Assembly (NCBI RefSeq): GCF_964355755.1
Contig: NC_092673.1
Span: 14,108,948-14,172,947 of the forward strand
DNA from: Antedon mediterranea
Lineage: Eukaryota > Animalia > Echinodermata
DNA: 64,000 nt
Direction: 5' to 3'
Numbering within the stretch: position 1 is the first letter of the stretch; each line of letters opens with the position of its first letter. Both the position numbers and the translations under genes were made by a program. This document shows, piece after piece, positions 37,613-51,059 of the stretch. Under the pieces are notes generated by a model that did no database searches, had not been told where the DNA came from, and saw nothing but the letters and a program-made list of their open reading frames with translations.

Positions 37613-38408
37613 TAAGGCAAATTGCCTCTTACTAAACGAAAAGAAAACCAAAGAAGTAATAATTGATTTTCGAAAAAAATGTACTGCTCTGGCTCCCCTA
37701 AAAATTAATAATCAGGAAATTGAATCTGTTGAAAGCTACAAATACCTAGGTGTGACTGTTGATAACAAATTTAGCTGGGAGAAACACTGTAAAAATACTA
37801 TAAAAAAAGGAAATACACGACTGTTCTTTCTCAGAAAACTGAGAAATTATGGGGTAGATAGAACTGTATTAAATTTATTTTACTCTTCGATTGTTGAGAG
37901 TGTGCTCACTTTCTGTTGTGTTGCCTGGTTCTGTGGATGTAGAACAGAAGAAAAAACCAGATTACAACGAATATTAAATAAAGTAGGTAGGATCACAGGA
38001 TCTAGACATAATTTGGATGACCTTTGCAACAAAATCATAAGAAATAAGGCTATGAAAATATGCGACGACTCAAACCACCCTTTAAAGATCAAAAAGACTA
38101 AATGTGCTGAGATCGTGCAATAGTAGGGTTATGCGATATTTTAATTCTTTTGTTCCGTATTCTATTAGACTGTTAAATGATTTTGCATAATTTTTGAAAT
38201 TTTTGATGTATTGCAGCTTTTTATTTTTTATTTAGTTAATTGTAGTCTTATGTTCATACTTGTACATTGTTAAATAATATATAGTGTTTTTAAATATTGT
38301 AATTAATTTTTTTTATATGAAACGTTTTTATAAATTTTTGTACAATTTTGTGAAAAGCACTCAAAATATTTTCCTATGTGGACGAAATAAAGTTATCATC
38401 ATTATCAT
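37613..38408 (+). mobile_element. 5'-truncated Rex1/Babar LINE with (ATC)n tail
   Basis: KTKEVIIDFRK, YKYLGV, RLFFLRKL, FYSSIVESVLTF, HPL; AATAAA plus ATC repeats; candidate TSD CATACTTG at 37605-37612 and 38409-38416. Confidence 0.88.
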
Positions 38409-41400
38409 CATACTTGCGACAGCTCTCCAATGTTATATTAAGCAGCTTTTTTCTGTACACATGAAACATTTTAACTGTAAATAAATTTGTTGTTGTTGCT
38501 TTAATCTATTGTTTAGTTTTATTTTATATTATAATTTATATTGTTTGAGGTGTAGCATACAATTGGATAGTGCTTTGCACTCATAACAATTCTCAGGTGT
38601 TTATTTAAATAAATACAGTAACATGATTTTTAACAGTTTTTTGGTGTAAGAACTCAAATTGTTATGATAGCTATATTAATAACGTACAGTAAACACAGAG
38701 CCTTCAAACAAAAGGTAGAGCTGAGCTCATCTAAACTCAATTGTACTGTGGCTAGAAACTTATACATAAATAAATTTATATTAACAAAATTTGAATGACA
38801 TGATTTTTTTTTTAGTAAAAACTATATTTGTTGTGAATGTTACAGATTTCCCAATGCAAAACAAATACAGAGCTGATCCAAGCTATTTAAAATCGATTGT
38901 ATTTTGGCTAGATTTGCAACATGCAATTTTAACAGGCAGGGGTGGTCGTAGAGGTCTATTTTAAGGGTGTTGGCCAAGAAGAGTCCAGCCGCAAAACCAC
39001 ATATTTGGCCCATAGAGGAGCGATGCAAATTTTTTTTAAATTACACCACTAGATGGCCGGAAATTAATTAATTAAATTTAATTAGCAATTATAATAAGTA
39101 CAAATTATTTATTATCAAATCATAATTTTAAAAAGCTAAACAAAAAATAAGAGGCTGCTGCTATAAATATTTTGAGCAAAACGTTTAATTGTATTATTTT
39201 GAAATAAATGCTAAATAAGTCAGTAAAACCACTATAAACTGTATAAACAGTGTTGCCTAAACAACACTCCAGAAAAAAATATTGAAATTTGCAGAAAGAA
39301 GGAATTGCCCAGGCAACACCCCTGCGTCTACCCCTATTACCCACAAATTGATTTTTATTGCTTCTAAACAAATTTTCAATATATAGATGTAAAAAAAACT
39401 AGAAATTAATTTAACTTTGACGAATTATTGTTGATCATTTTTATAATTTTATGGACATTAATATTTTTAAACATGCACGTATGCGAACATACGATCGGAA
39501 AATGTTGATGTATGCCTTCGATCCTATTATACGCTTATTGTGCTGAGTTGTGTATAATTATTATATGCCATATACATTAAGTACAGTATATACTGTATAT
39601 CTATATACCGTGTAGCATTGGTGAAATTACGGACAAACATCATGTTCTAATTTTTTGGCGTTGATAACATTATCAAAATAAACTTAAATAAATAACAATA
39701 TCGAAAGATAATGAATTGAGCAATAAAATATAACAATTGGAAGAAAATTTGGCATGTAGAAGCGTGGTGCGCGCTCTTTAAAATGTGTATAACTTTGACG
39801 AAAGAGATGAAAAAAACTACTTTTTAACTTCAACTGGCCATATGATAACGTTACAACATCCGATAGACCTATTTTTTAAATAAATTCATATCTACATTTT
39901 ACAAGCTCTCATAATAAGTTATAAAAATCAAGGTCAACTTTATTTCAGAAGAGCTGCAAGGTATTCAAATATCCGTTGTAGGTGAAATTCCGTAATCAGC
40001 GTTATTTAAATTTTTAGACATGATGAAATCATCTAAATGGAAATGTTGGCAACTCATGAGTAACATAATTGGTTGAGGTAGAATATATTAAAAATTAAAA
40101 GAAAATCGATCACAGATAAGCGAGATGCCCTCTGTTCAATATGATTGTCTAAGATGAAACGAAAAAAATCCAATTTTTTTATTTATGTGGCCAAATGATG
40201 ACATATAATTTTGTACGTCTAATATGTACATGATGCATTCATAACTCCAACTCATTGGCTTCCACCATCAGTTTAAAAAAATTGGTAGTAAGCGTCCATT
40301 CTGAAGAGTTATATTTATATATTATAAGGCCTTATTTTTTACCGTTTTTGACACTTTTGTGCAATTAATGTGCGCATTTTGTCATTTTTTAACCTGCTCG
40401 TATAGCGTTATTTAAAGTCGGAATAGACTCAAATTTGGTGAATGTAATTTTGAGCTTTTTAAATTTTTAACGCGCGATTTCACTATTAATTTTTATTTTA
40501 TTTGCTATTCTTTTTACCCTTGACATGCAGTTTATGTATAGTGAATTTTATTGACATGTGATTACAAGTAATATAGAGATATGATCGATAATGTGATTTC
40601 ACAAAATTGCGTATAAATTACGTCACAGATGAGTGAACTTTTTGAGATAATTGTTACACAAAATAGTGTACAGAAACAATAAAAAGAAAAAAAATAACAA
40701 TAAAGATTTCATACAATAATAATAGATAATCATTTTATTCTAAATGATCACCTAAAAATATAATTACACACGTACATGATTCGTATAGTATACTAATAAT
40801 ATTATTTGTCGCATCATCTTCCAAAATTGACCTTTGTGACATTGTTTTTGCAGCGGTATACTTTCAATAAGTTCAAACAAACAACAAAATAAGACAGACT
40901 CAAAAATACTTTTAATGCAGTGTTTAGTTGTTTCAAATACAATCACAAACTTTAAAAAGTATGCAAAACTCCATGAAGGTACCATACTATAAATACGTTA
41001 TAAAATCAGTTTTTAATCTAATAACAACAAGAAGCGTGTTAAGTAAAATTTCTGTGGAATTATTTAACATACCCATAAGTGCAAAGAAATAGCTTATTAT
41101 AGAGGCTGTTCTTTTATTCTAAACCAAATTTTTTTTTTAAATAGAAATGAATCCTTTGGTTTATAAGTAACCCAAACATTACCAAAGTATAGTTTATATG
41201 AATTTCAAGTATAAAAGTACAAGAAAAAAAAAATGTGGTACATGGTATTAAATGAATGAAAGTAACAAGCATTGAAGATATTTAACATGAAATTATCTTT
41301 ATACATTTAAGATGTAGTAGAAAATCAATTTCTATACATACAAATCAAGTATTGAAGTCTGACATAAATGAGCAATTCATAATATGATTTTTAGGGAAAA

Positions 41401-41813
41401 AAACTCTCAATATTATATAATTATTTAAATGTGATTTAAGAATAAAACCCTCCATCATTAAAACATTCATGTAACTATGTTAAAACTGGTGTTCAAAATA
41501 TAACTACCACTGTATGTGATAAAAATAACTTTATGATTGTGTTTCCCAACAATAATATTAAACAAAAATTGTAAAAAAAAATGTAGCCACTAATTGCAAA
41601 ATATTTTTTTTTAAATTGGAATTAAGACTTTGAATTAAGCTTGATTAAAACAATAAAAACATATTAACAATAACAAAACTGAATGTCATTATTGTATTAA
41701 ACATGTTAGCACTTAATTACTAACATTTTAAAGCTATCATTGCTACAATAAAAACTAAATTGTCTAAAGTCTGAATGCTCAAGCATTCAAAGAAACATAA
41801 CAATTGAATAAGA

Positions 41814-43793
41814 TCAGCTATCAACAAGATTTTTGGTTTGAGAAAAGAACTGTGTAAAGCTGGTACAAAATTTTAGCATACATATTAATTCTTGGCATGA
41901 CATCTCATTAATTGCTTCCCGTAACCACTCTTTCTCTTTATGAACATTCTCCAGAGTATCCCACTCTACTATGTCTACCATCAACTCGGGTGTCATATCC
42001 ACATGTTTCATTAGGAAAATAGAACACATTTCATTGCATCTTTCAATGAATGGCATAAGTTCTGTATACTGAAGGCCATCTCTTATGCTTCAGTATCACT
42101 TTCTTTTGCATCAGATGTAGGACTAAGAGGTAATAAATAGTCACTAATGTTACTGTTAGTTGTACTAACAATATCTCGGGAAGGCAACAAGTACACCCTC
42201 TTGTTTCCATATAAACGATGCAAAAGCTGTGCATTCCTTTCTTGATCATCAGTTAAACGTAGTTTAGTTAATCGTGAACCCATTACAATCATAAACTCAA
42301 ACCTAGAAGATATAATTTATAAAATGTAGATGACAAAATGTTATGTTATTTACTGAAGGGAGGTGAAAGCTGTACACAAGGCATTCTTTGTTTTCTGACT
42401 TAAAACGCTCAGCACCTAAATATCAAGGTACAGTTCATTTATTATTATAGTTATTTATTAAAAACATTCAGAATATGTACTGGTGTGTATATTGTAATGA
42501 CCAATCAAAAATTATTCTGATCTTAACTGTACATCATATCATTGCACACAGGTTAACAAACTTCTTATGTTGGTACTATCACATTATATTGAAAGCTCAA
42601 AGTTAAGATTTTGCAAGGCATTTTGTTTAATCTTTTGAAGATGAAAAGGAAGCTGGAATATTGTTTCTATGAATCAGTCATGCTTGTAACCAATCAGAAT
42701 CCCATTTTCGCTGAGCAAAAACTTATTCAAAATATTTTTTTGCAAATCAAACATTGCTTGTAAACTAAATTTAACATTTTAGATTTCACTACAGTTACAG
42801 TACTTTATTTTAAATTTAAATAAATCAAAAGAACTTACTTATTTGGATCACTTTCAATTTCCAATATATCTGAAAACATATTTTCCATTTTTTTGTAAAC
42901 TTCTTTTGCTGTCATGCATTGTTCTAGTTCAACATGATGATAAACATGACCTGTAGTGTTAAAAGTAAATTTCATGATACATAATCAGTAAATATGATTT
43001 CTCATGTAGACAAAAACAAAAATAGGCCATGTTGAACCTTGAAAATGTTTATCAACTTTCAAAAGATTGAAAAAAAAAATCAATTTATTTTTTAGTCAAG
43101 ACACTGTTCTATACTTTTTATATATTTATTCATGAATTGAGGAATTTTGTTTAAAAAAGTTCATTACTTAAATGTTTAGACTATAAATACATTTTTTTAA
43201 GTGAATGTGCCAAAAAAGTTTCTGAAACAAAAATTGGTAAGAAACAATATTTTTAGTCGCGTGTACGCGACTCTATAGTTCACTATGTCGGTCGGTCGGT
43301 CTGTCTGTTGGTCCGGTATCACTATGCGTTTTAGCACGCGACTTATGGCTGTTGGCCTTGTTTTTGTTAGTATTGAATAAAAAAACTGAAATACATAGTA
43401 GATTAGGATAATAATCATAATAAATAACTAACCTTTTTTATCTAGTTTACCATAGTAATTTGCCCTGGGTATTTGATCGCTTTGTGATGTATCCAATAAA
43501 ATGACTTCTTTTAAGTAGAAGTAATTTTGGTTTTGCCTAGAATTAGAGCATGAACAAGACCTTGAATTATCTTGTGTTCTTCTTCTGGTGGTATTTCTTG
43601 ATCTTGTTGATGGTGTGGTAAATAAACTATTCATTTCACTATTTAGATCTTGGTGTGGTCTTCTTGTAGTATTTCTATGTGCTTGAGGTTGAGCATTATT
43701 TGGAGTTACATTCTGAATGATTGTTAAAAAATTGTCATTTGATAGTAGGGATTTGGTTAAATTATCTATATCAGTTGTTGAAAGCGATGCCAT
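41814..43793 (-). pseudogene. IS3EU accessory gene: N-terminal domain plus HECT E3-ligase-like C-terminal remnant
   Basis: Exons ~43817-43433 (ATG ~43793), 42950-42839 and 42302-41814 have GT-AG borders. C-terminal WLREAINEMSCQELICMLKFCTS resembles the HECT motif W..l..ms.eel..lL.F.Tg. Frameshift or deletion near 42060. Confidence 0.55.
43252..43365 (+). mobile_element. Short Helentron-associated (HINE/DINE-1-like) element
   Basis: 5' AGTCGCGTGTACGCGACT hairpin, (GGTC/GTCT)n microsatellite, CACGCGACT sub-TIR, T-rich insertion site. Confidence 0.7.
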
Positions 43794-43921
43794 GGTTTTA
43801 TTTTTACAGTTAGTTATCTGAAACAAAACAAATTATTATTAATAATGAAATTCATCAATACAGATACAGTACTGAATTAGCTATCCTACTACACAGTACT
43901 AGTGGTGAAGCTCATATTTTG

Positions 43922-44342
43922 TTACCTCCGCCAAGGAGGTTATGTTTTCACCCCTGTATGTTTGGGTGCGTGGGTGCGCGTGTGTGTGTGTGTGTGTGTT
44001 TGTGTGTGTGTCTGTGAACAGCCTGAAGGCCACAGTTTTTATCCGATTCCCACCAAATTTGGACACAATGATCTATGCCCCAAAAGCTCGGACGAAAAAA
44101 AAAATATATAAAAATAAAAAAAACTCTCAGCGGGATTTGAACCAGGGACCTTAACTGTGAGAGGCTGGATACATAACCATTACACCAAACTCTCATCCAC
44201 AACTTTGTCGTGTGCAGTTAGCCTATTTACACTTTAGAACTAATAAAAAAATAGTTAAAAAAAAAACATTTTCGGAGGGAATTTTATGTAGGGGAATTTT
44301 ACAGTAGGCGGAGGTTTGTACTCTCGGAGTACCCTCTAGTTT
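43922..44342 (+). mobile_element. HINE/DINE-1-like element containing a tRNA-derived segment
   Basis: TTACCTCCGCCAAGGAGGT start, (TG)n, GGCGGAGGT sub-TIR, TACTCTCGGAGTA hairpin, CTAGTT end. Minus-strand A/B boxes at ~44130-44190. Confidence 0.8.
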
Positions 44343-44371
44343 AGATATATTTTAAAGGATTATTCTACATT

Positions 44372-45524
44372 CACATTCTCATTCTTTCTTGGAGATCCAA
44401 GAAACATTTATTATATATGGCCTTTGGCCCAAATAATATACAATGTAATACAATATTAAATAAATATCAGTTGAGTGCGTTTAAAAATTCTGTTCTACGT
44501 TTAAATGAAAAAAATAAATATTTTCCAAGTTTAACAATAAGATCAGTATTTGTGGCAGACATAAGATAAATATATTTTAATTTAGTTGGGTTGTTTGTAT
44601 AAAAGGAAAACATATATTTAGTTCTAATATCTGAATAAAATGGACAAACTAAAGTGAAATGATATTCATCTTCAATTGATTGTAAAGCACATAATTTGCA
44701 TAATCTTTCATTTCTATTTATACAATTCCATCTTCCTTTTTCAATTTCTAATTCTAAAATTCCTAGTCGTATCTTAGTCATAATTTGTCTATGTTTGTAA
44801 TTTGTTACTTTCGTTAGATATTCTTCAATTCCAAACTTATATTTAACGTGCTTGTAATATTGAAGCTTAGAGTGTATCCTAGTATCTTCGTAGAATTTCT
44901 GTCGTTCAATATCTGTAAGCCTTTGTTTAAAATTTGAAATAAAAGTATATATATTATTAACCTGTTGTGAGTACCATATGTTACCAAATCCATTTATGCA
45001 TAGTATTTGTTTTACGTCATTGGCCCAACATTGCTCATTTCTTTGAGCTTTTCTATATTGAAAATCATAACATTGTTTAATAAATTTGTCATTATCCATT
45101 TGGATTACTCTAAGCCAATAACGAATTATATTAATGATAATTTGAATTTGGATAGTGAATCTTCCACATTCTCCTCTCACTGCAACACTTGGTGCAGAAT
45201 TACCTATTCCTAGAATGTATTTACAGAATCTTAGATGAACTTTCTCTAATACTGATATATCATTTAAACCCCATATTTCGCTACCATAAAGTAAGATTGG
45301 CATAATCTTAACATCAAATATATGGTTCCATATATTAACTTGGAGGTTACCAAAACGTCTATGGGTCAATCCTTTTAATGTGAACAAAGCCTTATTAGCT
45401 TGTTGACAATTGTATTCTTTGGCTTTATTCCAATTACCATTTGAGTTGAAAACAACTCCTAAATATTTAAAGGATTTGACAATGTCAACTGTATTTCCAT
45501 TGTAATTCCATTTTTCAAATTTGA
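44372..45524 (-). mobile_element. 5'-truncated LINE (RTE-X-like), end of RT plus C-terminal zinc finger
   Basis: FKYLGV, PILLYGSEIWG, VHLRFCKYILG, RGECGR, LEIEKGRW, CKLC...EDEYHF.LVC; 10-bp TSD ATTCTACATT at 44362-44371 and 45525-45534. Clade call is tentative. Confidence 0.85.
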
Positions 45525-45599
45525 ATTCTACATTACAAGAAGAAGAATAGAATATCGCATTTTGTTATTTCAGTAGTAAAATATTGATTGTTTTACCCA

Positions 45600-46095
45600 G
45601 GTCTAGTAGGGCTAGCTTACAACTAGCTGGGCTACTACTACTAGGCTGGGCCATACCCTGCAGGTTTGGCTAGCCTAACACCAGCCCTACTGCCGTTATC
45701 AACTCCAAATGTGTTATTACTAACTATATCATGAATAGCAAATCTTGGATTTAGGCTTTAAGTAGGCCTCATAAGTAGGCTCAGGTCTGACCCTTATAAA
45801 ATGTATAAACAAATAAATCCTTTTTTAAATTGATGACAGGTACAGTAAACGCTGACACTTAAGCTGCGTGATGTAGGCATTTATTAGCTAGTTTATGCGG
45901 TTTGCCTAGTTAGGCCTAGGCGGCGCCTATATAATAGGCCTATGCCTTGGCCTACTAGTTAGTAGACTAGCTAGGCTAGCTAGGCCCTGTACTGTTGTAG
46001 CTGTACTAGGCTAGGCCTAGTAGTAGTAGGCCCTATACTGGTTTACAGCTCTAAGGAATGGGCTACTTACATACTGTACTGTGTAGGCCTGCCTA
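45600..46095. repeat. TAGGCCTA/CTAG-rich tract upstream of the accessory gene
   Basis: Same word composition as 34955-35510, at the mirror position inside the element, but not alignable to it. Confidence 0.75.
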
Positions 46096-46256
46096 CCTCA
46101 ACAATATGATGACACTGACAGTTGACTATAGTATAGATAGCCCTAATCAACGATTAAAAGAAGTATGGGTATGCATTCCAGATTCCATCCAAACATGTGG
46201 TGCATGCTCGTCTCACTTGCTGAATACCATGAGGGTGCGTAGAGGTTATTCGCAGG

Positions 46257-46589
46257 CGGTGGCAGGCCGCCGGTCATCTAGCCATTCTAGACGATAAACC
46301 CCTTTCGAGAAATGGTATGGTCTTCACGCTTGATTAGAGATCTCTAACCAAGCGTTACAAGTGTACATTCCTTGTTACAACTACATTTTAAAAGTGTACA
46401 ACTACATTTTAAAAGTGTACAACTACATTTTACAAATGTACAACTACGTTTTACAATTACAAACATGCATTTTACAAATACACACACATTTTTAGGTTTA
46501 CAAATACATTTTGCAATTACACACACACACATTTAAATGTACACATACATTTTTCAGCTACACACTTTTGCTGCTTATGGCGCCCCATA
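46257..46589 (-). repeat. Right TIR of the IS3EU element
   Basis: Reverse complement of the left TIR; followed by TSD CAAATC. Confidence 0.95.
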
Positions 46590-47521
46590 CAAATCTGCAT
46601 GTCTTAAATAGACTAAATAACTATAAAGTAATCTTAAAGTTCACGTCATAACTTCTACAATCATTCTGCTATCAGTAAACGTAATGATAATAATCAGTAA
46701 ATAACAATTTAAATAAACAATGTAAACAAACAAACTGAGGGCAAAGGTGGGCTCCACAGAACAGCGACACCCATGACAACCTGCTCCGGCCATGCCACTC
46801 CAACCCTCCATGCTCTAGGCGGCGAGTCTAAACGACCTCGCCATCTAAATAATGCCAATCTGCCTAAGCAAGAAGGAGTCACGAATATTAACTGTATAAT
46901 AACTAAAGCTAAAAACATCTATAACAAAGCATTACCGGTTCCGGTATCGTAGCTATACAAATTAACCTACTGATTAGAAATCAGTACACCTGTATTTAAT
47001 GCATAATAAGCCTATGGCCCAAGGAATTAAAAAAAAAAGTAAATGTTAATCTATACAACTACAATTTATTATTGCACCTCTGAAATTGTTCCCTTTAATG
47101 TAATTCTTGTTTTTACTCGCAAATACGACGTCTCTGTTACCGAATATTCGGTCGTTTCAAAGACTTCGAACCTTTCGTCCATGGTGGTATAACAGTAGAA
47201 ATATTGTTTATGCAGGCTCGGCGCGTTCAGTACATATAAACTTAATGAAGACATCTTTTAATCCAACAGAAGAATGAGAGCATGCACGGTTTGACGCTTG
47301 CTTTTAAGTTGTATCAAGCACATGCGCATTATCGACACCTGTATCAAAAAATCTTGATGATTACTAACATATTTCCTATGTACGTTTAAAGCCGCTTTTG
47401 TTATTAAAATTGTTCATTGCCTGCACGTGTTGTGTTTTTTAGTAAAGGTAGCTGGTTTGGAGAGAAACGAGACGCGAGTTAAACAATTCGGGCCACAAGT
47501 TAACTATGTTTCAAAAGCTGC

Positions 47522-47565
47522 TATCTGGCGGCCGCCACTTAATTATCTGGCGGCCGCCACTTAAT
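47522..47565. repeat. 22-bp tandem duplication containing the palindrome TGGCGGCCGCCA
   Basis: TATCTGGCGGCCGCCACTTAAT, 2 exact copies. Confidence 0.9.
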
Positions 47566-48729
47566 AATTAGTACATGTCCCGTCACGTGACATGTACGTG
47601 CATTGGATCAGAGGTGATGTTGCATGCAATAAAAGGCAGGCAATGCAATCATGATTATGCGCATGCTAATGGCAGGTTGCCTAAACATTGGAAAAGGTAA
47701 GTTAAATACATTTTATAAAGCCCCATTCTTCATTTAATATTTAGTGTTTCGGGGTATTTTGCAATTCTCCCAATTCCTACACGAGAATTAATATGATGGG
47801 ATGGGATATGGTATTGTATGTAGGCCTCTAGGCTTAGAGAGTTAATACTAGACTAGGCTAGCCCAGGCCATGGAGGTATAAATACCTCCATGGCCAGGCC
47901 TACACCTCTACAGCCTAGACCTAGTAGTAGCATACAACTTTAGGCCCTAGCTTGCCCATTTTTAAATCAATTGGGTTCATTCTGACGGCGGAAACCTATA
48001 TTTATTATACACAGCGTTAAATTAGATCTAGGCCCTCTAGTAGGCCCCAACTTAGTTTGACTGCACTGACGACAAGCGCTGGTATAAACACAGCCCGAGC
48101 CTGGACAGCCTGAGAGTAAGTAATAGTACGTACACTACTTCGAGACTCATTCAAATTGCGCATAGAATATATTATAAATGCATCCCTGTAAAACCCCTAT
48201 TTTGCAATCACCGAAATTGTCTGTTAAAAGACTAACTAATCCGTCAACTCTGCCCCAATGGGATGCAAAAAGTGCAACCAAATGACATTCACAGTCACAG
48301 ATTTTTCCCTACTATTGGGCTATTCCATGGTAACTCGCGTTACATTTAATGGGTAGTTGAATGAGTGTTTGTGTCATTATTTCCATACCAAATAACCTAG
48401 AGCATAATTGTTTACTGTAAGGGTAGAGTATAGTGTATGAACTAAACCAGACAAGAACAAATATACGACACCTTGGTAACTCGCGTTACATTATGTCCAG
48501 GATATAGTATAACTGTCAATGAGAATTGAAAATGTTTAAACATCAACATTACAGTGCCAACACAATTAAATTAAAGCTTGAGAAGAAATATGGGTTTTAT
48601 AAAAAAAACCAACTGTATAGGAAAACAAACTTTAAATTTCATTTAACATTAAAACTATCTAATGTCCCTCACTCAAAACCTGGTTTCGAACTTAAAGTGA
48701 CATCGATTATTTACAACTTCAGGTTTGTC

Positions 48730-49650
48730 TAATTTATGAACCATGCTCTCACTCTTATAGTAAATCATATCTCTTGGTGTTGGCCATTTCCAATTTTGAC
48801 CGTCACCGAGACTTGGAAGTCATTCTCTGCTCCCAATGCGACTACTTCGCCTGGAAAGATGATACCATCGTAGTACAAACAAATACAAATCTCCAATATT
48901 TATCAGTAAAGCACTGTTTACTGATGACATACTCTTGGAGCTGGAAGGTTGGTTGTCTTTGGACAGAGTATACGATACAACTTCATTGTTGACATTCTTA
49001 ATGAAGTGCATTCGTTTGATGCCTTCAATATGTTTGGCGTTATTGAACACAGAGCTCAGGTTTAATAACTGGTTCCGCTTTTCTATGTCAGTTGGTAATA
49101 TGTTTTTGACCACCACGTTGACCATATCTGGATGCTGCTTCAACAAAACTTTCCGAGTTTGTAACTATGGACTTGCGTGTGGATACCTTGTTCCATACGA
49201 AACGCTTAACAGTTAACCTCCAATACCATCCACTGGGCCTTTGCCATGTGATTTACAGAAAAAATTCCATTGAATCATCATTTCATGCTTTGTCTGTAAG
49301 CCTGCAATAGACGCTGCTATAAAACGGTTTTTGAATTGTGAAGCAGCTCCATCAGACCAAATTGACAACAATTTAACTCCTTGGGGAAGGTAACCTAATA
49401 TCCATATATGCTAACACAGTGTCATTTGAATGGACAAGATTATCAGAGGCCAGTACATATGAGTGGATTTTGCCAGAATGCCATAGAGCAGCGGTAAACA
49501 GACTGACCTGTTTTTGATTCCAATCTGCCGACTGTATTTCGTCTTAACTAACGCATTGGTAGTTTTCAGAAAAATCTACTTGTAAGAGAGCTACCTCCTT
49601 GTCAAATGTTTCTGATGCTTTGGTAATTTCCAGCAACCCTTTGTTACCCT
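48730..49650 (-). pseudogene. Sola2 transposase fragment
   Basis: LQVDFSENY...DEIQSA.W...QVSLF, IWSDGAASQFKN, WNFFCKSHGKGPVDGIGG, I.GIKRMH. Confidence 0.85.
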
Positions 49651-50645
49651 ATTCAGAACAATACAGGGATATGGAGCCAGAAAATAAAATGAATAGAAAG
49701 TCTTTCAAAATGTCTGCTAATAGGTCTGTTTTCAGCAGCTTGATAAACCAGTTTTTTTAAGCATTTGAGTACAACAACATGGATGAGTTGCAGGGCTGAA
49801 AATCAAATTACCTTGGTATCTCTCTTTCATTTTATTTGGGACGGCAAACCCACTTCTTTCACCATATTTCTTTTCAAGTCGTTCTCTCACTAGTTTATGT
49901 TCATTATATTGGGATGATAATCTCTCACCAACTACCTCGTAATATACTTCAGACACATAACTGAGTTTCAATACCTTAGTGTTTCGAATAACCTGAAATT
50001 GTAAAAGATCTTTCTTATAACAGTATGCTAAAGTTTTATTTAAGGGAATAATAATAATAAGCTAACGCTAACTGTAATTAATTAACAATGCACAAGTTAG
50101 ATAAACGGATACAATTTTTTGCAATTCATACAATTTGTGTATACGATCTACAATTTCACAAACTGCAAGCAATTGCTTGTTGATGCTGATAATTTTTTGT
50201 TAGATGCGGTTTGCTTTTTAAGACATATCGACTACTACTGTTTTTATGGTATCTGGCTTCACACGCAAATACCCCTGAATTTTTTTAACAGAAGATCTTG
50301 GATAACGCCACTTCTTCTCATAACACTATTCCATACAAGAAATATGTTTTTATCAAAGCCCTATTCTTAAAACAAGAAAAAAGAAAATTCTGTCTTATAA
50401 GTTCTTCTGGCGACATCCCAAACCAATGGTTATTGTTAGGTGTATGAAAATTATATTCTGTTGAAACTCTCTCATAATCTACTTTTCTTTGATTTCGAAC
50501 AACATAGTTTTTTTTTCTTCTTTGTTTTTCTCTCTTCTTCTCTATCAACTTCTACATCTCTAACTTTTTCAGTTCTCCCACTAGTTTTACTCCATCTTTT
50601 TTGAGGGTTTTATTTGAATTGTTAATGTCAATTGTTGAATGTGAT

Positions 50646-50978
50646 TGTAACTGTAGTCGTGTCAAGGGCCAAGACAATAATGATGGCACAAAATTATTCA
50701 ATGTACAAAATACAATATTTATTCAATCAAAAGTAATATAATGTGAAAATGTAGTGATTCTGACTGATGTTATAATCTCAAGAATCAATACCATATATAT
50801 ATATACATATATTTATATTAAGGGGACAGGAAGGATGACTAATTAAATGCAACCACATCCTGATTGACTTTCCTTGAAAGACCCACCTCAGGAATGTAGT
50901 GTTTCAAGTTAAGTAGGCATCGGGGAGAGTAAGGGGTGAAAAGCCTGTGTGACTAGGGTTTGGTCCCACCATGTTACA
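50646..50978 (-). mobile_element. Solo LTR (333 bp)
   Basis: TGTAAC...GTTACA termini, 5-bp TSD GTGAT at 50641-50645 and 50979-50983, minus-strand TATA-like run and AATAAA in LTR order. Confidence 0.85.
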
Positions 50979-51059
50979 GTGATGCTGTTCGTTGACTACT
51001 TTGTACATTAACTAAGCTTACATAATGATCCTAGCTGAAATGCCTTAGTGTTATTGTTG

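Larger units (their letters stand above)
34506..46589. mobile_element. IS3EU-type DNA transposon, 12.1 kb including nested inserts
   Basis: TATGG...CCATA termini, ~330-bp TIRs (34506-~34838 and ~46257-46589), 6-bp TSD CAAATC at 34500-34505 and 46590-46595, IS3-like integrase gene inside. Confidence 0.9.

Noticed and set aside
38938-40620. Additional MITEs inside the IS3EU spacer (CAGGGGTGG... and GTGAAATT repeats)
   Set aside because: Terminal matches are too imperfect to set boundaries or TSDs.
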